Source: Raillietiella orientalis (Eukaryota). From it: DNA of 64,000 nt. The translations under genes and the position numbers were made by a program. Under the pieces are notes generated by a model that worked only from the letters and a program-made list of their open reading frames with translations, was not told the DNA's origin and did not search any database. Of this stretch, positions 60,049-64,000 are shown in pieces (the first letter of the stretch is position 1; every line of letters starts with the position of its first letter). The stretch covers positions 2,294,001-2,358,000 of the forward strand of contig JAYWIR010000019.1 of the NCBI GenBank assembly GCA_036172245.1. The letters run 5' to 3'.

Positions 60049-61389
60049 ATGTATCCGGACAGGAGAATTATACATAAGTAAGTAAGGGAAATAAAGCAGT
60101 TGAAGTGAACAACGAAATGTGAATTTTAGAATTCAACATTTCACCAAATGTACCGGCAGGGTTGTATTCATCATTGCAAACAACGTTTATTGCATACCTG
60201 TGTATTTGGTCTGGATACTTATTGTTTCCTTAATAAGAGTCTGTAACAGCCATGTGTACTGGAAAATTGAAGGAAGACTGTATAGGTGGCTGCTATCTAT
60301 GGTTGGGCTATGGAGCTGGTCTGCTGGTTATAATAGTAAATATATTGATTATTCAAACAGCGTATTTGTTGTAAAGTAACGTACACTTCCTTGCAATATT
60401 TAAATTTTAGTTATTGAAATGGGAGATGACATTACCCCATGTTATGATGCAGAAACCTTGGTACTAGTTAATCATCAGTCAACTGCAGATGTACCCTTGC
60501 TAATGGCCTCTATAGCTACTAAGGGCACTGTTGCTGACAACATGATGTGGATTATGTCTCAAGTATTCAAGTATACAAATTTTGGTTTGGTGTCCCTTAT
60601 ACACAAAGATTTCTTCATCACACCAGTATGTATTTTTTCTCTTTGTAAGCAATTATCATGTATAATCAGGGACGCCAATTCAGAGAGCAAAGCCTTAGTG
60701 AGCTATCACAGCATTTACAAAATGTGTACATTCCTTTAAATCGAAAATGGCTTGTACTGTTCCCTGAAGGTGGATTGCTGCACAAACGACGATTGCAGAG
60801 TCAAAAGTAATGTATAAGAGAAAGAAATATATAGCTTTCACTTTTCAACAGGTTTGCTGCAAATGCTGGTTTGCCTGTTTTGGAACATGTATCCCTTCCA
60901 CGAACAGGAGCATTTAGGTCAATTTTGCAATTATTGCATCCGAATATCACACAGTCTAGGGAAACATCAAAGAAGTGCTTTAAATGGGTTGTTGATATTA
61001 CAATTGCATATCCACATGGAGTTCCACTAGATTTGACAGCTGTTATAACAGGTGGAAGACCACCTTGTAGAACTGTGTTTTATTATAGAAAATATCATAT
61101 AGAAGAGGTATGTGAAGTTTTATGTTTAATTGTTTGGCACATACAGTTATAGATTCCTATTGAAGAAAAAGAAATTGATTCCTGGCTTTACAAGAGATAT
61201 GAAGAAAAAGATATGATGTTGGATCAGTACTATAAGACTGGTACTTTTCCTGCCCAATCTACAGATAAATTGTTTCCTGCTCCGGTGCTGGTGCAGCTGA
61301 GTCTTGGAGATGCACTCTTGCGGCATTTCTTCTTTATAGCTTCTAGTTATCTTTGTTGGAAGACATTGACTTGGTTGTATGTTAATTAA
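60049..61389 (+). CDS. LPGAT1: Acyl-CoA:lysophosphatidylglycerol acyltransferase 1 (AGPAT/PlsC family), 6 exons, about 359 aa
   Basis: join(60049..60077,60130..60335,60411..60625,60670..60806,60852..61107,61153..61389). All introns GT-AG, total 1080 nt. Motifs NHQSTAD (HX4D), [43 protein letters not shown]. The first micro-exon and ATG are less certain. Confidence 0.93.
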
Positions 61390-62773
61390 TTAGACACAGT
61401 TTGATTTAAATTTATAAAAAATTTGAGTATTGATCTGTTTTCAGTCATAGTTTTAAGTACTGCATGAAACCATATTCATATTTTATGTTTCAGAATGCTT
61501 TGTTTCTGTAAAATAACACTTTTATTTTCTGATGAATCTATTGGTTGGATGAATTGTAGTTCAGAATCTGCAGCTAAAAATCACTACACCAAAGTACTTC
61601 ATGCATCCTTATGACTAATATAAAAAATAAAGCTCAACAGTAACTCTGCATTTTGCAGTCTTTGTTTTATAAACAATCACTAAAAACTAGTAACTATCAT
61701 ATTGTGCAAATATTCCATCAGATTGCAAATGTTGGTCCATAACAAGTGTGCTTTTAATTGTCACATGTTTGCTGTATTGCATCAATATGTTAGCATTCTT
61801 ATTCTCCTTGGGTCTTAAATATTTTGCTATTTTAGTTGACCAGAAAGCAAAGTTGTAAAGTTTTTTAGTTATAATTTGTGCAATATTTTCATTGGAAATT
61901 CATTTTATGTGTTAGTAGATACCTTTGCTAATGCAGATGTGCTGCAGCAACGTATCTTTTGTAAACATGCAGGCTTGTTGCTCTAATGCACATAAAATAA
62001 TTAATAAAAATGGAAAAATAAATACATGACAAGAATAAAACCGAAGAGAATATTAACAAAGATGAGAAAGCTTTGAATGTTGGTTTCTTTCTCTCTCTCC
62101 CTCTCTTTTTTTTTCCCAAACACTTTAAATATTAATGTAATGTAGACAATAATAAGGAAAAGCAAACGTTTTTGATTGCATGTGCAGAAGCTACCTGAGT
62201 TTGAATGTCTGAAAAAGGGTTCACATCAACTTAATATTTCATTGTAAGGTTAGAAGTTTCTTTGTAAGATTTGAACACTTAGCAATTATTGAAACCTCAA
62301 TTTTGAACAACAAATTGTGATATCAAGAATGGAAAAATTGAGGCAAGTGTACATCATTTTAGAAATACTTCTTCCTGCAATGGACAACAGATAATGATTT
62401 AAAACTGAAAACAAATGGATGAGACCTGAATTTACTAATGGAAAAGCTGATTCCACCTGAGGTAAGAAAATAAACTAAATTTGGGTAGGAATATGATATC
62501 ATTGGAAGCAATATTCCTTCATCTGAATGTTCAAAGAAAATGATTATCTAAGCATTTTCCACTGATCAATTGAAATAAAACCTTTCACTAAATCAGCAGC
62601 AGTTTTATTTTCGTATAATGAATGTGAGCACATCAGCAACAGTGTCAAGAGTATAATGAAGTTTAAAAACGCAATGAAACAAACAAAAAAAATGCCACAG
62701 AAAATTTAAAATCTTGTAATGCATGCATGGCATAGATCAAAGATTTGATAGGTTTAGTGTGGTGGTCCCAAAA

Positions 62774-63592
62774 CTATTGGAACAACTTTTTCATTTGGGA
62801 AGCATAATACAGATTCAACTGTTTTACTCTACCTTTCAATTCCAGGATTTTTTGTAGAACTGCCTTGTTATTTCTATTGAGATAATATGCTTTTTCCAAA
62901 TACTCCTTTGCTTTTTCATATTCCTTTATCTCTAAAAGGGCACAACCCATACGGTATGTTGACTTCAAATTGCAGCTGTCTAACATAAGTACTTTGTTTG
63001 TCAGCAAAATGGCTTCTTTATAATGCTGGAATGCCATTTGACATTGCGCTATGTTGTTATACAAACTAATCTTTAGAGACACTATTTCAGCATTGTCTTT
63101 TTCCTCTGAACTCAAAATCAGTTTCAATGCTAAGCTAAACCGATGAAATGAATCTTTAATTCGGTTTTGAGTATACAGACGAACACCTACACTTTTGTGA
63201 TGCTGAGCACTATTGAACTTCTGTTCATTACTCATGTAAGGAGGTGCAATAGCTATTTCAAATGTCTCGAGAGTTACTGTTACAAAAAATAATTCACATT
63301 CAAATTGACTTTTCTCTTGAAGATTCATAGTCCAGATACAACCATCTAAAAGCCGATCTATTTCTGTATCTCCCTCACCAATTATTACAATTTTGAGAGT
63401 ATTGCTTAAGTCTAGATATGAACATGGTAACTCACTAGAAATATTTTCAAATATAACTTGACATTTTGTACCAAAGGTTGGACGTTTCAATATTATTCCA
63501 CTATTGAGAATGGTTTTTTTAACATGGTATGGGCAAAATGCAAATTTCAGTTCTTTAACCACTGACTTGTCCATTCCAGACTCATTCCCCAT
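62774..63592 (-). CDS. FKBPL: Non-canonical FK506-binding-protein-like TPR protein (FKBPL / Bride of doubletime-like), 272 aa, single coding exon
   Basis: Degenerate FKBP-type N-domain (VKKTILNSG...RP...C.V...IIGEGDTEIDRLLDGCIWTM...EKSQF) followed by three TPRs (AQHHKSVGVRLY; LYNNIAQCQM; NLKSTYRMGCAL) and a C-terminal MKKLF. An in-frame TGA two codons upstream supports ATG 63592. Probable 5'UTR splice acceptor near 63653. Confidence 0.8.
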   Translation of the reverse strand: MGNESGMDKSVVKELKFAFCPYHVKKTILNSGIILKRPTFGTKCQVIFENISSELPCSYLDLSNTLKIVIIGEGDTEIDRLLDGCIWTMNLQEKSQFECELFFVTVTLETFEIAIAPPYMSNEQKFNSAQHHKSVGVRLYTQNRIKDSFHRFSLALKLILSSEEKDNAEIVSLKISLYNNIAQCQMAFQHYKEAILLTNKVLMLDSCNLKSTYRMGCALLEIKEYEKAKEYLEKAYYLNRNNKAVLQKILELKGRVKQLNLYYASQMKKLFQ

Positions 63593-64000
63593 AAATGTTC
63601 AGCCACAGAAAAATTTTTTGCTGATACAGAATTTGATGATATTTTTGAGTATCTAAACAAAAGCACAATGAATCAACTCATGCCCATTAACCCAAACCTA
63701 AAATCAGTTAAAATTATGAATATTTTCATATTACGTATGCATCCATGAGCAGGACCAATAATGTACAATAAATGCAATGTCATTATTTTCCTGTTTCTTA
63801 AGTTCACCTGGTAATACATTCCATTCAACAACACATTAAAAGTCTTAGGATATCCTGCTACGCAGTTTGCTATTGAATGAAATATTAGCTGGCAGTTTCC
63901 ACATAAAAATCATTTTCAGTCATGATTTACCTATCTACTCAACCCAATGTTTTTGATGCCTACTATTTATTTCCATAATGAACCAGATTGAAAACACATA

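Noticed and set aside
61524..61581. Second hammerhead-like CTGATGA-stem-GAA motif in the LPGAT1 3' region
   Set aside because: The core reads GAAT rather than GAAA and no NUH triplet is correctly placed.
1..64000. CRISPR arrays, rRNA, intact tRNA, prokaryotic or viral gene clusters
   Set aside because: No regularly spaced repeats, cloverleafs, rRNA motifs or dense operon-like ORF runs; the sequence is spliced eukaryotic DNA.

Overview
Eukaryotic genomic DNA from an arthropod-like invertebrate; no prokaryotic operons, rRNA, intact tRNA or CRISPR seen. Five protein-coding genes are supported: (1) the first coding exon of a secreted CCN-family (IGFBP-domain) gene on the minus strand, whose remaining exons probably lie left of the window; (2) a 7-exon SYAP1/Sap47 BSD-domain gene; (3) RBM15/spenito with an intronless CDS; (4) a 6-exon LPGAT1 acyltransferase; (5) a convergent FKBPL/BDBT-like FKBP-TPR gene. 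A diverged, intron-retaining LPGAT1 pseudogene lies about 4 kb upstream of the functional copy, among fragments of a decayed, formerly protein-coding repeat family. Also present: a 654-bp hAT-type MITE with TIRs and a near-perfect 8-bp TSD, a 182-bp hairpin-rich insert between 15-bp direct repeats, a degenerate type I hammerhead-like motif, and an H/ACA-snoRNA-like double hairpin in a SYAP1 intron. Most introns are 44-52 nt. CpG is strongly depleted over housekeeping gene bodies but abundant elsewhere. I found no clearly new multi-gene system; the structured RNA and mobile-element candidates are the best leads. All family assignments come from recalled motifs, not database searches.
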